DNA of 64,000 nucleotides from Candidatus Pacearchaeota archaeon (GCA_038849525.1 JAWCMS010000001.1:142584-206583), one strand, 5' to 3'. Positions 25,969-37,075 are shown, counted from the stretch's first letter. The notes: a model not told the origin generated them from the letters alone. Numbers and translations are program-made.

Positions 25969-28900
25969 ATGCAACAATATTTTAAAGAAATAGAGAATAA
26001 AGTAAAGGTTGCTTATTCGATAGCTGGAGAAGCAAGAGCGAAAGGCTTAGATCCAGTGTCAATAGTAGAAATACCTCTGGCTACAAGTTTGGCTGAAAGA
26101 GTTACAGGATTAATTTCAACAAAATATCCTCAAGTTAGAAATTCTGGAATAGAAAAAAGGATTAAAGAACTAGAAAAACAATATGGTTTTCTTGACTCTG
26201 CTATTTGTTTACAAATTGCAGAAGAAGTTGCTAAAGAACGTTTTTGCAAATTCCAAAATATGGAAGAAGCATTAGATGCAGGAATAAGAATTGCATTTGC
26301 TTATATAACTCTTGGCGTTGTATCATCACCATTAGAAGGATTTACTCATTTTAAAATAAAGAAAACAATAGATGGAAAAGATTATATGGCTGTTTATTAT
26401 TCTGGGCCAATAAGGTCTGCTGGTTCAACTACAGCTGCTTTTTCTCTTTTAATTATAGATCATCTAAGAGAAGTTTTTGGATTCGCAAAATATGATCCTA
26501 CTGAACAAGAAATCAAAAGAATGATTACTGAGATATATGATTATCATGAAAGAGTTGCTAATCTACAATATTTACCTACTGAACAAGAAATATATTTTAT
26601 GTTTAAGAATTTACCTATACAAGTTACAGGGGATCCATCAGAAGAAAGAGAAGTTTCAAATTACAAAGATCTGGCCAGAATTGAAACAAATAAAATTAGG
26701 AATGGACCATGTCTTGTTTTAGGGGAAGGGCTGGCACAAAAATCTTTCAAAATTTTAAAGAGATTGAATCATCTAAGAGAAAAAGGTTTTAAACTAACGG
26801 ATTGGGATTGGTTAAAAGATTTTACTGAATTACAGAAAAAATTAATTGCCGAAAAAAAAGAGAAAGCAACGGGAACTTATATACAGGATATCGTTGCTGG
26901 AAGACCTGTTTTTTCTCACCCCTCTAGATCTGGAGGATTTAGGCTTAGGTACGGAAGGGCAAGAACATCAGGATATAGTGCTATTGCTATTTCTCCTTTA
27001 ACTATGGTTCTATTGAATAATTTTATTGCTATTGGAACACAAATAAAACTAGAAAAACCAACAAAAGCTGCAGCAGTAACTTCTTGTGATACAATAGAAG
27101 GTCCTATAGTAAAATTAAAAGATGGTTCGCTTGTTAAGATTAAAGATTTAAAAGAAGCAAATGAAATAAAACCTTATGTAGAAGAAATAGTTTATTTAGG
27201 AGATATATTAATTTCTTATGGGGATTTTTTGAATAGAAATCATATTCTTCTTCCTGCAGGATATAATGAAGAGTGGTGGTATGCAGAATTATTAGAAAAA
27301 GATAAAATAGAAGCAGAAAAAATAAACCCTTTAGATATAAGTCTTGATAAAGCAATAGAATTAAGTGAAAAATATGAAATTCCTTTACATCCAAAATACA
27401 TTTTTTACTGGTCACAAATAAATTACGAATTATTTTTTGCAATGTTAAAATGGCTTGAAAAAGCAAAAATAATAAACGGAAAATTAATTCTTGATTATAC
27501 TGAAAAAGAAAAAAAAGCAAAACGCGCTCTTGAATTGCTTGGAGTAGAGCATAAAAAAGAAGGAGACAAATTTGTTGTCGATGAAATAATAACAAAAGCA
27601 TTTTTTTTGAATTTGGGTAAACGTATAGAAGAAATCAACGAACTAATAAGACAACCAGAACAAAGAGAAGGAGTTCTTGAATTTATAAATTCTTTTTCTA
27701 AATATAAAATCAAAGATAAAGCAGGGACTTTTATAGGTGCGAGGATGGGTCGACCTGAAAAAGCAAAGTTGAGAAAACTTGTTGGTTCTCCACATGTTTT
27801 GTTTCCTGTAGGCGAAGCAGGAGGAAGAATGAGGAGTGTACAAGAAGCTATGAAATCTTATGTCGAAGCTGATTTTCCTATTTATTTCTGTGATAATTGT
27901 AAACAAGAAACCATTTATTTTATTTGTGAAAAATGTAATAATAAAACAAGGAAACTATGTTACTGTCCATTATGTGAAAGAATTGTAGGTGAAAATTGCC
28001 CTCAACATGGGGGGATACAAGGAGGAAAAGTTAAAACATTTATGCAAAAAAGAATTGATCTTAGTTATTATGTAAATAGTGCTTTAAATTATTTGAATAT
28101 CCAGAAAACTGATATACCAGAATTAATAAAAGGTGTTAGGGGAACAAGTTCTGAGGAACATATACCAGAACATATAGCAAAAGGAATTCTAAGAGCTCAG
28201 TTCTCACTTAATGTAAATAAAGATGGAACAATAAGATATGACGCAAGTGAAGTTCCGATTACACATTTTAAACCAAAAGAAATAGATACTGAAATAAAAA
28301 AATTAAAAGAGCTAGGATATACAAAAGATATTTTTGGAAAAGAACTAGTTGATAAAGAACAAATTTTATGTTTGAAGCCACAAGATATTATTCTCCCTTC
28401 ATGTCCTGAAACTCTTGATGAAAAAGCAGATGATGTTTTTGTAAATATTGCAAAATTTATTGATAATTTGCTTGTGAGATTTTACAAACAAAAACCATTT
28501 TATAATGTTAAATCAAGAGATGATTTAGTAGGACATTTAGTTGTTGGAATTGCTCCACATAACTGTGCGGGGGTAGTTGGAAGAATAATAGGGTTTAGTA
28601 AGACGCAAACTTTTTTGGCAAGCCCATATATGCATGCTGCAATGCGTAGAGATTGCGATGGCGATGAAGCTGCGATAATGTTACTTTTAGATTTACTGCT
28701 TAATTTTTCAAAAAAATTTTTACCTGCACATAGAGGAGGGACACAAGATGCACCTTTAGTTTTAAATGCAAGAATAAGAGCTTCTGAAGTTGATGATATG
28801 ATTCTTGATATGGATATTACAAAAAATTTACCATTAGAACTTTACAAAGCAGCTGAAGAGTTTAAATCTCCAAGTAGTATTAAGATTGAAAACATTGGTA

Positions 28901-29412
28901 CTAGGCTTGGAGAAGAGGAAAAAGATGCAAATGTTTTCGAGGATTTATGGTTTACTCATGATACTTTAGATATCAATAATGGAACTATTTGTTCTTCTTA
29001 TAAAACACTTGAAACAATGCAAGACAAAGTAAAAGCGCAGATGGAACTTGCAGAAAAAATTCGGGCTGTAGATACAACAGATGTTGCAAGGCTTGTTATC
29101 GAAAGACATTTTATTCGTGATATTAGGGGAAATTTGAGAAAATTTTCAGGACAGCAATTTCGCTGTGTTGATTGTAATACGAAATACAGAAGGCCACCTT
29201 TGACTGGCAAATGTTTAAATTGTAATGGAAGAATAATATTCACAATTGCTGAAGGTTCTATTGTTAAGTATCTTGAGCCTGCTCTTCAACTAGCTGAAAA
29301 ATATAATATCTCACCTTATCTTAAACAAAGTTTAGAATTAACAAAGTCTTACATCGAGAGTATTTTCGGTAAAGAATTAGAAAAACAGCAAGACTTAGAA
29401 AGGTGGTTTTAA
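25969..29412 (+). CDS. polC: DNA polymerase D large subunit DP2
   Basis: GPIRSAG, GGFRLRYGR, RMGRPEK, KDGTIRYD, RRDCDGDE; C-terminal PIP-like QQDLERWF; no intein. Confidence 0.98.
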   Translation: MQQYFKEIENKVKVAYSIAGEARAKGLDPVSIVEIPLATSLAERVTGLISTKYPQVRNSGIEKRIKELEKQYGFLDSAICLQIAEEVAKERFCKFQNMEEALDAGIRIAFAYITLGVVSSPLEGFTHFKIKKTIDGKDYMAVYYSGPIRSAGSTTAAFSLLIIDHLREVFGFAKYDPTEQEIKRMITEIYDYHERVANLQYLPTEQEIYFMFKNLPIQVTGDPSEEREVSNYKDLARIETNKIRNGPCLVLGEGLAQKSFKILKRLNHLREKGFKLTDWDWLKDFTELQKKLIAEKKEKATGTYIQDIVAGRPVFSHPSRSGGFRLRYGRARTSGYSAIAISPLTMVLLNNFIAIGTQIKLEKPTKAAAVTSCDTIEGPIVKLKDGSLVKIKDLKEANEIKPYVEEIVYLGDILISYGDFLNRNHILLPAGYNEEWWYAELLEKDKIEAEKINPLDISLDKAIELSEKYEIPLHPKYIFYWSQINYELFFAMLKWLEKAKIINGKLILDYTEKEKKAKRALELLGVEHKKEGDKFVVDEIITKAFFLNLGKRIEEINELIRQPEQREGVLEFINSFSKYKIKDKAGTFIGARMGRPEKAKLRKLVGSPHVLFPVGEAGGRMRSVQEAMKSYVEADFPIYFCDNCKQETIYFICEKCNNKTRKLCYCPLCERIVGENCPQHGGIQGGKVKTFMQKRIDLSYYVNSALNYLNIQKTDIPELIKGVRGTSSEEHIPEHIAKGILRAQFSLNVNKDGTIRYDASEVPITHFKPKEIDTEIKKLKELGYTKDIFGKELVDKEQILCLKPQDIILPSCPETLDEKADDVFVNIAKFIDNLLVRFYKQKPFYNVKSRDDLVGHLVVGIAPHNCAGVVGRIIGFSKTQTFLASPYMHAAMRRDCDGDEAAIMLLLDLLLNFSKKFLPAHRGGTQDAPLVLNARIRASEVDDMILDMDITKNLPLELYKAAEEFKSPSSIKIENIGTRLGEEEKDANVFEDLWFTHDTLDINNGTICSSYKTLETMQDKVKAQMELAEKIRAVDTTDVARLVIERHFIRDIRGNLRKFSGQQFRCVDCNTKYRRPPLTGKCLNCNGRIIFTIAEGSIVKYLEPALQLAEKYNISPYLKQSLELTKSYIESIFGKELEKQQDLERWF

Positions 29413-29418
29413 TTAAAA

Positions 29419-30618
29419 TTACAATAAAAAATACAAGATAACAGGAACAATTAAACAACCCATAAGATGCATTCTTTTAACACCTGAATTAATCGCAATA
29501 ATGCCAAGAGCAGTTGATATTATCAAGACAAAGAGTGAAAACCATCCTGAAATCAAGACGGACATTATAATTAAAATAATTAAAATTACAAAATTCATTT
29601 TTGTGTAATCTATTTTTGAGACATATTTTATGAATATTTTTACAAAGAAAATTGAAAGAAAAACTGCAATTGAACCTGAAATTAGCATTATAATAAGAAG
29701 AAGTGAGAGATGGGTTAGTGTTATCTCTTCAAGAAATTTTTGTATTATTATCCCTGTTCCACTTCTTGCTTTACCTATTATATACAAAGCAGCAAAATTA
29801 AGCCCTAAAACAAGCGTAGAAATAGAGCCAAGTAAAAACAAGAAGGCCCTTTCATCTTCTGTTTTTTTCATTTGTGAGCCAAGAACTGCTGCTTGCGATG
29901 AACCTAATCCTGGAAGGAATGCACATAAAGAAGATGAAATAACTGATGATGGTAAAATCTTAAAAACCTCTTTTTTATCAAATTTTTCAAATATTATCTT
30001 TTGCTCTGGCAATTTTGTCTTTTGGTTTATACTTGTTAAAATTGTTGAAATCCCAAATAATCCTGTAAGCAATGGAAATAAAGGTTCTTTTATTAAATAA
30101 AAATTCAAAGTAAGAATTCCAAGAATTCCTGCAAATAAAAAAATGGTTAAAGCAAGAAAAGGATTTTTTTCTTTTATTATTAAAAATATAGAAGCAGCAA
30201 TAAGAACAAAGGGAATAAGAAAATTTAATGTTTCATAAATATTTGGAAGAAAGATTATAAATAAAGGAACTAACAAAAAAAGAAGAATTATTCCGATATA
30301 ACAACCGAAGGTTGTGAGCATTATAGCTTCATAACCCTTTCCTTTAAGTAAAAGTTTATGTCCTGGAAGAATAGACAAAGCAGTAGATTCTTCTGGACAA
30401 CCTAAAAATATCGAAGGGATAAAATCAATGAATGTATGCACTATTGCCATTGAAACAATAAAGCATGCAACAACAATTGGTGATGTAATTGAAAGCAATA
30501 ATTCAGAATTTACAAAAAGCAATAATGCAACGAGATTTATATGAATTCCCGGAGCGATGCCTGTAAAAGTGCCTGCAAGAATACCAAGTAAAAGAGCAAG
30601 CAAAATCTCTATTATCAT
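29419..30618 (-). CDS. TctA-like (DUF112) membrane permease
   Basis: GTFTGIAPGIHIN, FIPSIFLGCP, LPGH, PLLTGLFG. Confidence 0.88.
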   Translation of the reverse strand: MIIEILLALLLGILAGTFTGIAPGIHINLVALLLFVNSELLLSITSPIVVACFIVSMAIVHTFIDFIPSIFLGCPEESTALSILPGHKLLLKGKGYEAIMLTTFGCYIGIILLFLLVPLFIIFLPNIYETLNFLIPFVLIAASIFLIIKEKNPFLALTIFLFAGILGILTLNFYLIKEPLFPLLTGLFGISTILTSINQKTKLPEQKIIFEKFDKKEVFKILPSSVISSSLCAFLPGLGSSQAAVLGSQMKKTEDERAFLFLLGSISTLVLGLNFAALYIIGKARSGTGIIIQKFLEEITLTHLSLLLIIMLISGSIAVFLSIFFVKIFIKYVSKIDYTKMNFVILIILIIMSVLISGWFSLFVLIISTALGIIAINSGVKRMHLMGCLIVPVILYFLL

Positions 30619-30625
30619 TCCTTAT

Positions 30626-31990
30626 TTATACCTTTGTTTTATTGATACTTTGGTTCATTAAATTTTTTAAGAGTTTGTAAAATCCATAAAATATGATAAC
30701 AGATATCCCTAATAATTTTATTTTATAGACTATATCTTTTCTGATTAAAAAATTTATACAATTAATGAGAGAATTTTGATTATTGCCTATAATTGTAAAT
30801 GCATTAACTGTTCCAATTAAAGAAATAATCATTGATAAAACAGCGAGTAAAATAAATAATCCTTTTTTAATCTTTGATTTTTCTATATCTTTTGATATTC
30901 TGCCTAAAGGTAAAAGGCAAAGAAGTATTATTGTTGCAAACCATCGCACTCCAAAAGAATTACCACTATAATTTGTAGTACGAATTATATAAAAAATTAT
31001 AAACATAAGTGAAGATAAAAGGATATACAAATAATATTTTGTATAATAATCTTTTCTTTTAAAATTAATAGCTAAGGCATAGACAGAAAAAAGTAGTATT
31101 GGTGTATAAGAAAAAAACCCTCTATTTCCAAAAATCATATGAAATGCATAAATTAATAAATCTTTAACATTATTATGCATCGCAAGCCCACACATGGTAT
31201 TTTTGTTCATATAACTCCCAACATAATTATGGAGTTCTTCATTTATTGAAGGAGGGATTATACTCCCTGAAGTATAATAGTTGATAAGAAAGAAAATAAT
31301 TGTTAAAGGTATGGCTGCAAGAATGAATGTTATTTTCGATTTAATGTTTTCTTTTCTAAAAACAATAAAAAAAGCAAATGGAATAAATAAGAATGTTACG
31401 GTATCTATGCTTCCTGCAAGAGACATTAAAAAACCAGCAATTATAACGTGTTTTAAATTTTTTAATTTAAGAAGAAAATAAAAACTAATCATTAATAATG
31501 CGCCACTTATTACATGGTTATTATAAACTGTAGAGTAGGGTAATATCAAAGTTCCGGTACCAGCAATAAATGTAAGTATCTTAGACCATTTTTCATCTAC
31601 TTTCATAAGTCTTAATGATTTATAAAAATAAACAAGTCCCAATGCAGATATTACTCCCACTGTAAGTAAAGTTAGCAAATAATACGTCATTGCATAATGC
31701 TTTGAAAAAGTGATACCAAATAATTTTAAACCAAAATAAAGAATTGAAGAGTAAATTGAAAGAAGAGGGGGTTTGTCAGAATAAAAATGACCATTATAAA
31801 AATATTTATCACCAGTACCATTAAATATTGAATTGTCTATTGCAAGAGTATTTCTTTCTACTATCGATTCAATAGTAGCCATTCTTGCTTCATCATTCCA
31901 GCTGGTTACTTTTGTTTCTGTCAATAAAGAGAAAAGAGCTAAAAATAAAATAAAAATTATTAAAACATGTTTTTTTTCTTTTATAGCCAT
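30626..31990 (-). CDS. Multi-pass membrane protein, GT-C glycosyltransferase-like
   Basis: First loop ND..R...SDKPP, NNH, RGFFSYTP, GVRW; about 11 TM. Confidence 0.65.
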   Translation of the reverse strand: MAIKEKKHVLIIFILFLALFSLLTETKVTSWNDEARMATIESIVERNTLAIDNSIFNGTGDKYFYNGHFYSDKPPLLSIYSSILYFGLKLFGITFSKHYAMTYYLLTLLTVGVISALGLVYFYKSLRLMKVDEKWSKILTFIAGTGTLILPYSTVYNNHVISGALLMISFYFLLKLKNLKHVIIAGFLMSLAGSIDTVTFLFIPFAFFIVFRKENIKSKITFILAAIPLTIIFFLINYYTSGSIIPPSINEELHNYVGSYMNKNTMCGLAMHNNVKDLLIYAFHMIFGNRGFFSYTPILLFSVYALAINFKRKDYYTKYYLYILLSSLMFIIFYIIRTTNYSGNSFGVRWFATIILLCLLPLGRISKDIEKSKIKKGLFILLAVLSMIISLIGTVNAFTIIGNNQNSLINCINFLIRKDIVYKIKLLGISVIIFYGFYKLLKNLMNQSINKTKV

Positions 31991-32048
31991 ATTCTTAGAG
32001 CTGTATCGAAAGATTTAAATACTACTTATAAAGTGTTATCATTATAAA

Positions 32049-32960
32049 ATGACGACTAATCTTATTAAAAGAACATTTAAAGAAGCATATAAACCATTTA
32101 TTCTCATAACAGGCCTAACTTTCTTGACAAATTTTGCTAATGCAAAAGAAATTAACAAAAGTAGCGATACTATTGTTAGCAAGAGTAACGAAGATGATTT
32201 TAATCCGTATGTCTCTCCAACTGGAAAATACACAATTGATTTTTATTTTGACTTCGAAGGTTTTTCTTCCCAAAGTAATGATTCAAAAGGTAATTTTTTA
32301 GGATTAAATCCTAAAGCAGAATTTTTTGGTAGAATGAATCTACCAAAAGGGCACAATTTATATGCATCCGCAAACATAGCCATCCAAAATAATGGGGGTA
32401 GTATAACTCATGAAAAAACAGAAATAGCAAAACTTGATATTCTAAACAAAGAAATTTCAGCAATTTTAGGATATTTTTCAAGATATGGTATTTATGGAGG
32501 ATTAGGGTACCATATTAAATCAAGAGATGTAGATGTAGGAGGGTGGTTTGGAGATGTAGATCATAATGAACAGATAACTGGTTCTGTCTTAAACTTAGGC
32601 TATAAAAGCAAGAAAGGCGAATTAGCTTTTGATTGTCGTTATAAACATGAAAAAGGGAATATTGAAGATAAACTAAATGATCAAATCAATAAAGAAGATA
32701 TTTCAGGTAGTAATGAAATTTATGGAAAATTTAATTTTGTTGTTGATGAATGCGACTTATTTTTTGAATTAAGTAAAGAAAGTTACAATAATGGAACAAT
32801 AAATACTTCTATAAAAGGAGGTATTTATAAAGAGATTAGTAAAAATTTGAATCTCGGTTTTACTACAGGGCATACAACAACTAAAAAAGACAATTACAAG
32901 GATAATCACATTCATGCTGGGCTTAATGTAAAATATAAAACACAGAAAATAATAAAATGA
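32049..32960 (+). CDS. Secreted beta-strand-rich protein (beta-barrel-like)
   Basis: Signal peptide ending ANA; alternating G/aromatic strands; last strand HAGLNVKY. Confidence 0.6.
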   Translation: MTTNLIKRTFKEAYKPFILITGLTFLTNFANAKEINKSSDTIVSKSNEDDFNPYVSPTGKYTIDFYFDFEGFSSQSNDSKGNFLGLNPKAEFFGRMNLPKGHNLYASANIAIQNNGGSITHEKTEIAKLDILNKEISAILGYFSRYGIYGGLGYHIKSRDVDVGGWFGDVDHNEQITGSVLNLGYKSKKGELAFDCRYKHEKGNIEDKLNDQINKEDISGSNEIYGKFNFVVDECDLFFELSKESYNNGTINTSIKGGIYKEISKNLNLGFTTGHTTTKKDNYKDNHIHAGLNVKYKTQKIIK

Positions 32961-34807
32961 AAAAGTTGATTTTATTTTTGTTTAGTATTACGATCTTAAT
33001 AACTTTGGTTTTAGCAGCTTCAATAACAATAAGTCCCGAGATCGCATATAATAATGATAATTTGATATGTAGTGTAAGTGAACATCCGAATGCTTATATT
33101 TACAAATGGTATGAAATAAACAACTATATAAAAACAGGTTCTGTTTTAGAAAATGAATATACAGCAGTAGGTTCTACTTATGTCTGCAAGGTATTTTTGC
33201 CTCCAACTCCTTGGACAAATGAAATTTATGTTGGAGAGGAAAGCAGATTTATTTCTGCAACAACACAAATACTAAATAATCCTCCAAGTATTCCAAATCT
33301 CAATCTTACTTTAGGACCTTATTATGCCGATTCTATTATTACAGCAAACGCTTTCGGAAGTTTAGACTCTGATGGCCCTCAAAATGTAACTTATGAATAT
33401 AGGTTTGAAGTTAATGGTTTAATTGTAAGCGATAGCAATACTCTTAATTGCTTAGGGGTTTGTACAAAAGGAGATAATGTAACGGTTTATGCAAGAGCTT
33501 ATGATGGCTTAAATTATTCTGATTGGGTTTTTAGGGAAATAACAATCAATAATTCTATTCCAATAATAACTAATGTTTCTTATTCACCGATAGATGTTTA
33601 TGATAATGATACGTTAATTGTTAGTGTAAATGCTACTGACATTGATAATGATCTTTTAAAATATTTCATTGCTTTTGTAGATACAAATAAAGAAATGCTC
33701 TTAAAGCAAAATTATAGTAATTCAAATACCTTAAACTATACATTTAATTCAAGTTTTATTAATGATACAATAGCAATATTTGCAGTAGTAACCGATGATA
33801 TAAATGGCAATATTTACATAAATTCTAGTGGATTTATTGTTTATGAAAATATTTCTTATTTTGATTATGAGTTATTTTTCATTACTATAAAAAATTCTAG
33901 CTTACAAAATCAAACTAAAACTTTTAATTTTTGTAGTATAAATTCCGTTCATTCACCCATTATACTTAAAGATATAATAAATGATAATAAAATAAATGGA
34001 AAAAAATTCAAACCGTTAGATGAAATTGAAATTAAAGTTAAAGTTGAAAATACTGATGATAATGATGAAAAGGATGTTGTTGTTGAAGCTGTTTTAGTTA
34101 AAAATAATATTGAAGTTTCTGATACGAGTGTAGATACAACAATTTCGTTAGAAGATGGTGATACTGAAACAGTTGTTCTCAAAATGACTCTTCCTTTAGA
34201 TATAGATAATGGAAATTATTTACTTTATGTTAGGGCTTATGATGAAGATAATCAGAATAACTGCCAGCAAGCTTCGCTTAACATAACTGTTGCAAGAATT
34301 TCTCATGAAGTTATTATTAGTTCTATAATAATACCTTCATTTGTATACAATGGCAGTTTAATGACTTTGCAAGGAGAAATAGCAAATATTGGAAATGAAG
34401 AAGAAGAAAAAGTAAAGATAGTTTATAGTGATGATATGAGCAATAATTTATATGAAGAGAAAAGAAATTTAGATTCAAAAGAAGCCAGTATGTTTAGTTT
34501 TAATGTAAATATTCCTGGGGATGTATCAATTGGGAATCATAAGATCTTACTTAAGGTATATTATGATTATGATGATGGGGTTTATGGTAAAAGCAATGAA
34601 TTAGAATATAATTTGAATGTCATTGAAAAACCTTCTAAAACAATCAGTAGTCAAAGTATTTCAGTTCAACCACAGACTGTAACAGCTGAGAAAATATCCT
34701 TTTCTGATTTTTTAAATGAAAATTGGAAATCTCTTTTGTTAGGATTAGAAATTATAGTTATTACAGTAATTTTAATAAAAATTCTTTTATTAATTAAAGT
34801 AATTTAA
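32957..34807 (+). CDS. Cell-surface / S-layer-like protein with Ig/CARDB-like domains and C-terminal TM anchor
   Basis: Signal peptide, many NxS/T sequons, NNPP/NSIP domain starts, V.V.N.G...E motifs, C-terminal hydrophobic helix. Confidence 0.75.
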   Translation: MKKLILFLFSITILITLVLAASITISPEIAYNNDNLICSVSEHPNAYIYKWYEINNYIKTGSVLENEYTAVGSTYVCKVFLPPTPWTNEIYVGEESRFISATTQILNNPPSIPNLNLTLGPYYADSIITANAFGSLDSDGPQNVTYEYRFEVNGLIVSDSNTLNCLGVCTKGDNVTVYARAYDGLNYSDWVFREITINNSIPIITNVSYSPIDVYDNDTLIVSVNATDIDNDLLKYFIAFVDTNKEMLLKQNYSNSNTLNYTFNSSFINDTIAIFAVVTDDINGNIYINSSGFIVYENISYFDYELFFITIKNSSLQNQTKTFNFCSINSVHSPIILKDIINDNKINGKKFKPLDEIEIKVKVENTDDNDEKDVVVEAVLVKNNIEVSDTSVDTTISLEDGDTETVVLKMTLPLDIDNGNYLLYVRAYDEDNQNNCQQASLNITVARISHEVIISSIIIPSFVYNGSLMTLQGEIANIGNEEEEKVKIVYSDDMSNNLYEEKRNLDSKEASMFSFNVNIPGDVSIGNHKILLKVYYDYDDGVYGKSNELEYNLNVIEKPSKTISSQSISVQPQTVTAEKISFSDFLNENWKSLLLGLEIIVITVILIKILLLIKVI

Positions 34808-35123
34808 TAATCTTTTCAGCTTCTATTTCTAGTATTCCACGATATTCTTTTACTTTTCCAATTACTTCTATTTTTCCTTTTGTTATATTTGTTTTTGATG
34901 TAATTATATTTATTGTTTCTGTGCTATCGTTAATTGTCATAATTGTCAAAGTATCATAATTTTTTATTTTTATTATATCTCCTTGTATTTTGACATAATT
35001 GTCTAACATTTTTTTATTTATTTCTGAAATCTTTATTAGTTTTGGTTCTAAATTTTGTGAAAGAAAAAATAAAATGATTAATCCTATCAAAAATGTTAGT
35101 AAAGCATATTTTGTCAAATCCAT
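34794..35123 (-). CDS. Membrane-anchored OB-fold protein
   Basis: N-terminal TM; VKIQGDI...INDST...IEVIGKVKEYRGILEIEAEKI. Confidence 0.8.
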   Translation of the reverse strand: MDLTKYALLTFLIGLIILFFLSQNLEPKLIKISEINKKMLDNYVKIQGDIIKIKNYDTLTIMTINDSTETINIITSKTNITKGKIEVIGKVKEYRGILEIEAEKIIKLL

Positions 35124-35175
35124 TTATTATAAAGCATAAAGAAAGGTTTAAATTTTATGTTTTTATTATTTTTAA

Positions 35176-36276
35176 ATGGATATTGAAACAAGAATAAATT
35201 TAATAAAAAGAAATACAGAAGAAATATTAACAGAGGAAGAGTTGAGAAAAAAATTAGAAAATGGAAAAAAATTAAAACATTATATCGGTTTTGAAATATC
35301 TGGTTTTATTCATCTTGGGACAGGCATTGCCAGTGGAATAAAAATTGCCGATTTTCAGAAAGCAAAAGTTGATTGTAGTTATTTTCTTGCAGATTGGCAT
35401 TCTTGGATAAATGAAAAGCTTGGTGGAGATATGGAAACAATAAAAAAAGTAGCCTTAAATTATTTTAAGGAGGGTTTGAAGGCATCTTTAAAATGTTGTA
35501 AAGGCGATGCGGAAGATATAAAATTTATTCTCGGCTCTGATTTGTATCATAACAATGATGATTATTGGAAGACAGTGATTGATATTTCAAAACATTTGAC
35601 TCTTAATAGAGTAGAAAGAAGTATCACTATCATGGGTAGACAGCTTGGTGGAAGCATGCCTTTTGCATGGCTTATTTACCCTCCAATGCAAGCAGCTGAT
35701 ATATTTGCCTTAAATATAAACTTGTGTCATGCGGGCACGGACCAAAGAAGTGCACATGTTATTGCTATAGATGTAGCCCATAAAATAAAAAAAGAAAAAC
35801 CTGTAGCTATTCATCAGCATCTTCTTTTAGGTGCACAAAAACCATATACATGGCCTATTCCAGAAGGAAAGATAAAAGAAATTCTTTCTGAAATGAAAAT
35901 GTCAAAATCGATTCCAAAAACAGCCATATTTATTCATGATTCTGAAGAAGAAATTAGAGAAAAAGTTAAAGAAGCTTTTTGTTTGCCAAAAGACATTAGT
36001 TTTAATCCAATTCTTGATTGGGTAAAGTGGCTTATCTTTCCATTAAAAAATTCTTTTGAAGTAAAAAGAAAAGAAAAATTTGGAGGAAGTATTAATTTTG
36101 AGAGTTATGAAAAATTGGAAAAAGCATATAGCGAAGGAGAATTACATCCTCTTGATTTAAAAAATGCTGTGGCAGAAGTACTGATTGAAATTCTTGAACC
36201 AGCAAGAAAACATTTTATGCAACCAAAAATCAAAAAATTCAAAGAAGAGTTAGAAAAATTACGAATAACAAGATAA
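35176..36276 (+). CDS. tyrS: Tyrosyl-tRNA synthetase
   Basis: YIGFEISG.IHLGT, YPPMQAADI, GTDQR, KMSKS, LHPLDLK. Confidence 0.97.
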   Translation: MDIETRINLIKRNTEEILTEEELRKKLENGKKLKHYIGFEISGFIHLGTGIASGIKIADFQKAKVDCSYFLADWHSWINEKLGGDMETIKKVALNYFKEGLKASLKCCKGDAEDIKFILGSDLYHNNDDYWKTVIDISKHLTLNRVERSITIMGRQLGGSMPFAWLIYPPMQAADIFALNINLCHAGTDQRSAHVIAIDVAHKIKKEKPVAIHQHLLLGAQKPYTWPIPEGKIKEILSEMKMSKSIPKTAIFIHDSEEEIREKVKEAFCLPKDISFNPILDWVKWLIFPLKNSFEVKRKEKFGGSINFESYEKLEKAYSEGELHPLDLKNAVAEVLIEILEPARKHFMQPKIKKFKEELEKLRITR

Positions 36277-36328
36277 AATATTTATAAAAAATTCAAAAAT
36301 AAAAATGTTTTTTTGTGTTAGTTTAAGT

Positions 36329-36496
36329 CTATTTCTTTTTATAAGAATAATTTCTTATAAGCTTACCTATACCAATCACAAGAACGCCTATAGGTATAAG
36401 CCACTTGTCTAGCAATTCTCCAAGACTTACTCCAGCAGCTGCAAGAATAAGCAAAATACCTATAATCGTTACAACCCAAGCAGTGAGTTTAGCCAT
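36329..36496 (-). CDS. Small 2-TM protein (55 aa), missing from the ORF track
   Basis: GGAGGT SD then MAKLTAWVVTIIGILLILAAAGVSLGELLDKWLIPIGVLVIGIGKLIRNYSYKKK*. Confidence 0.75.
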   Translation of the reverse strand: MAKLTAWVVTIIGILLILAAAGVSLGELLDKWLIPIGVLVIGIGKLIRNYSYKKK

Positions 36497-36592
36497 TTCA
36501 ACCTCCTTTTGAATAATTATTATTTCTATAAAGAAATTTGAGTTTATAAGATTTTAGTAAAAATTTAATACGAACTTTTATTTAACATAAAA

Positions 36593-37027
36593 TTAAATTT
36601 TAATTCCAAATTGCTCTCTTGGATCTTCTGTTGTTTTTTGGGAGTTCATCTCTTTTCTCCATTTATTAATTAATTCAAAAGCTGTAAAATCTGGAAGCTT
36701 TAGCATATCCCTCATATAAGCAAGTATTCTATGTTCTGGCTCTTCTCCACATTTAAACTTTTTTTCAAGTTCTTCATAGCTAAGAAGGGTTATAGGAACT
36801 TCGGTAGCTTTTTGCCGTTCTGTTTTTGTTCCACATTCAGGACAAAATTTTTCATTTCCTTCAAGTTTTATATTACACTTATTACATCTCAATTCTTCTT
36901 TTTTTCTTTCAATTATTGTTTTATATCCAAACTTACCTCCAGAAACAAGTTTCGAAAAAGCGTCTGCTACTTTTTCATCATTTTCATATTTTCTTAAATC
37001 CCTGCAACCTCCAGCTGTTATTCCCAT
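36593..37027 (-). CDS. Zinc-ribbon domain protein
   Basis: CNKC...KFCPECG. Confidence 0.75.
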   Translation of the reverse strand: MGITAGGCRDLRKYENDEKVADAFSKLVSGGKFGYKTIIERKKEELRCNKCNIKLEGNEKFCPECGTKTERQKATEVPITLLSYEELEKKFKCGEEPEHRILAYMRDMLKLPDFTAFELINKWRKEMNSQKTTEDPREQFGIKI

Positions 37028-37075
37028 CTTTATAAATAGTATCAACAAAAATTTAATTTATAAATTTTTATGCTT

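Noticed and set aside
25969..29412. Inteins in DP2 (also checked Cdc6, RadA, Lhr)
   Set aside because: Lengths are normal and no intein splice or LAGLIDADG motifs are seen
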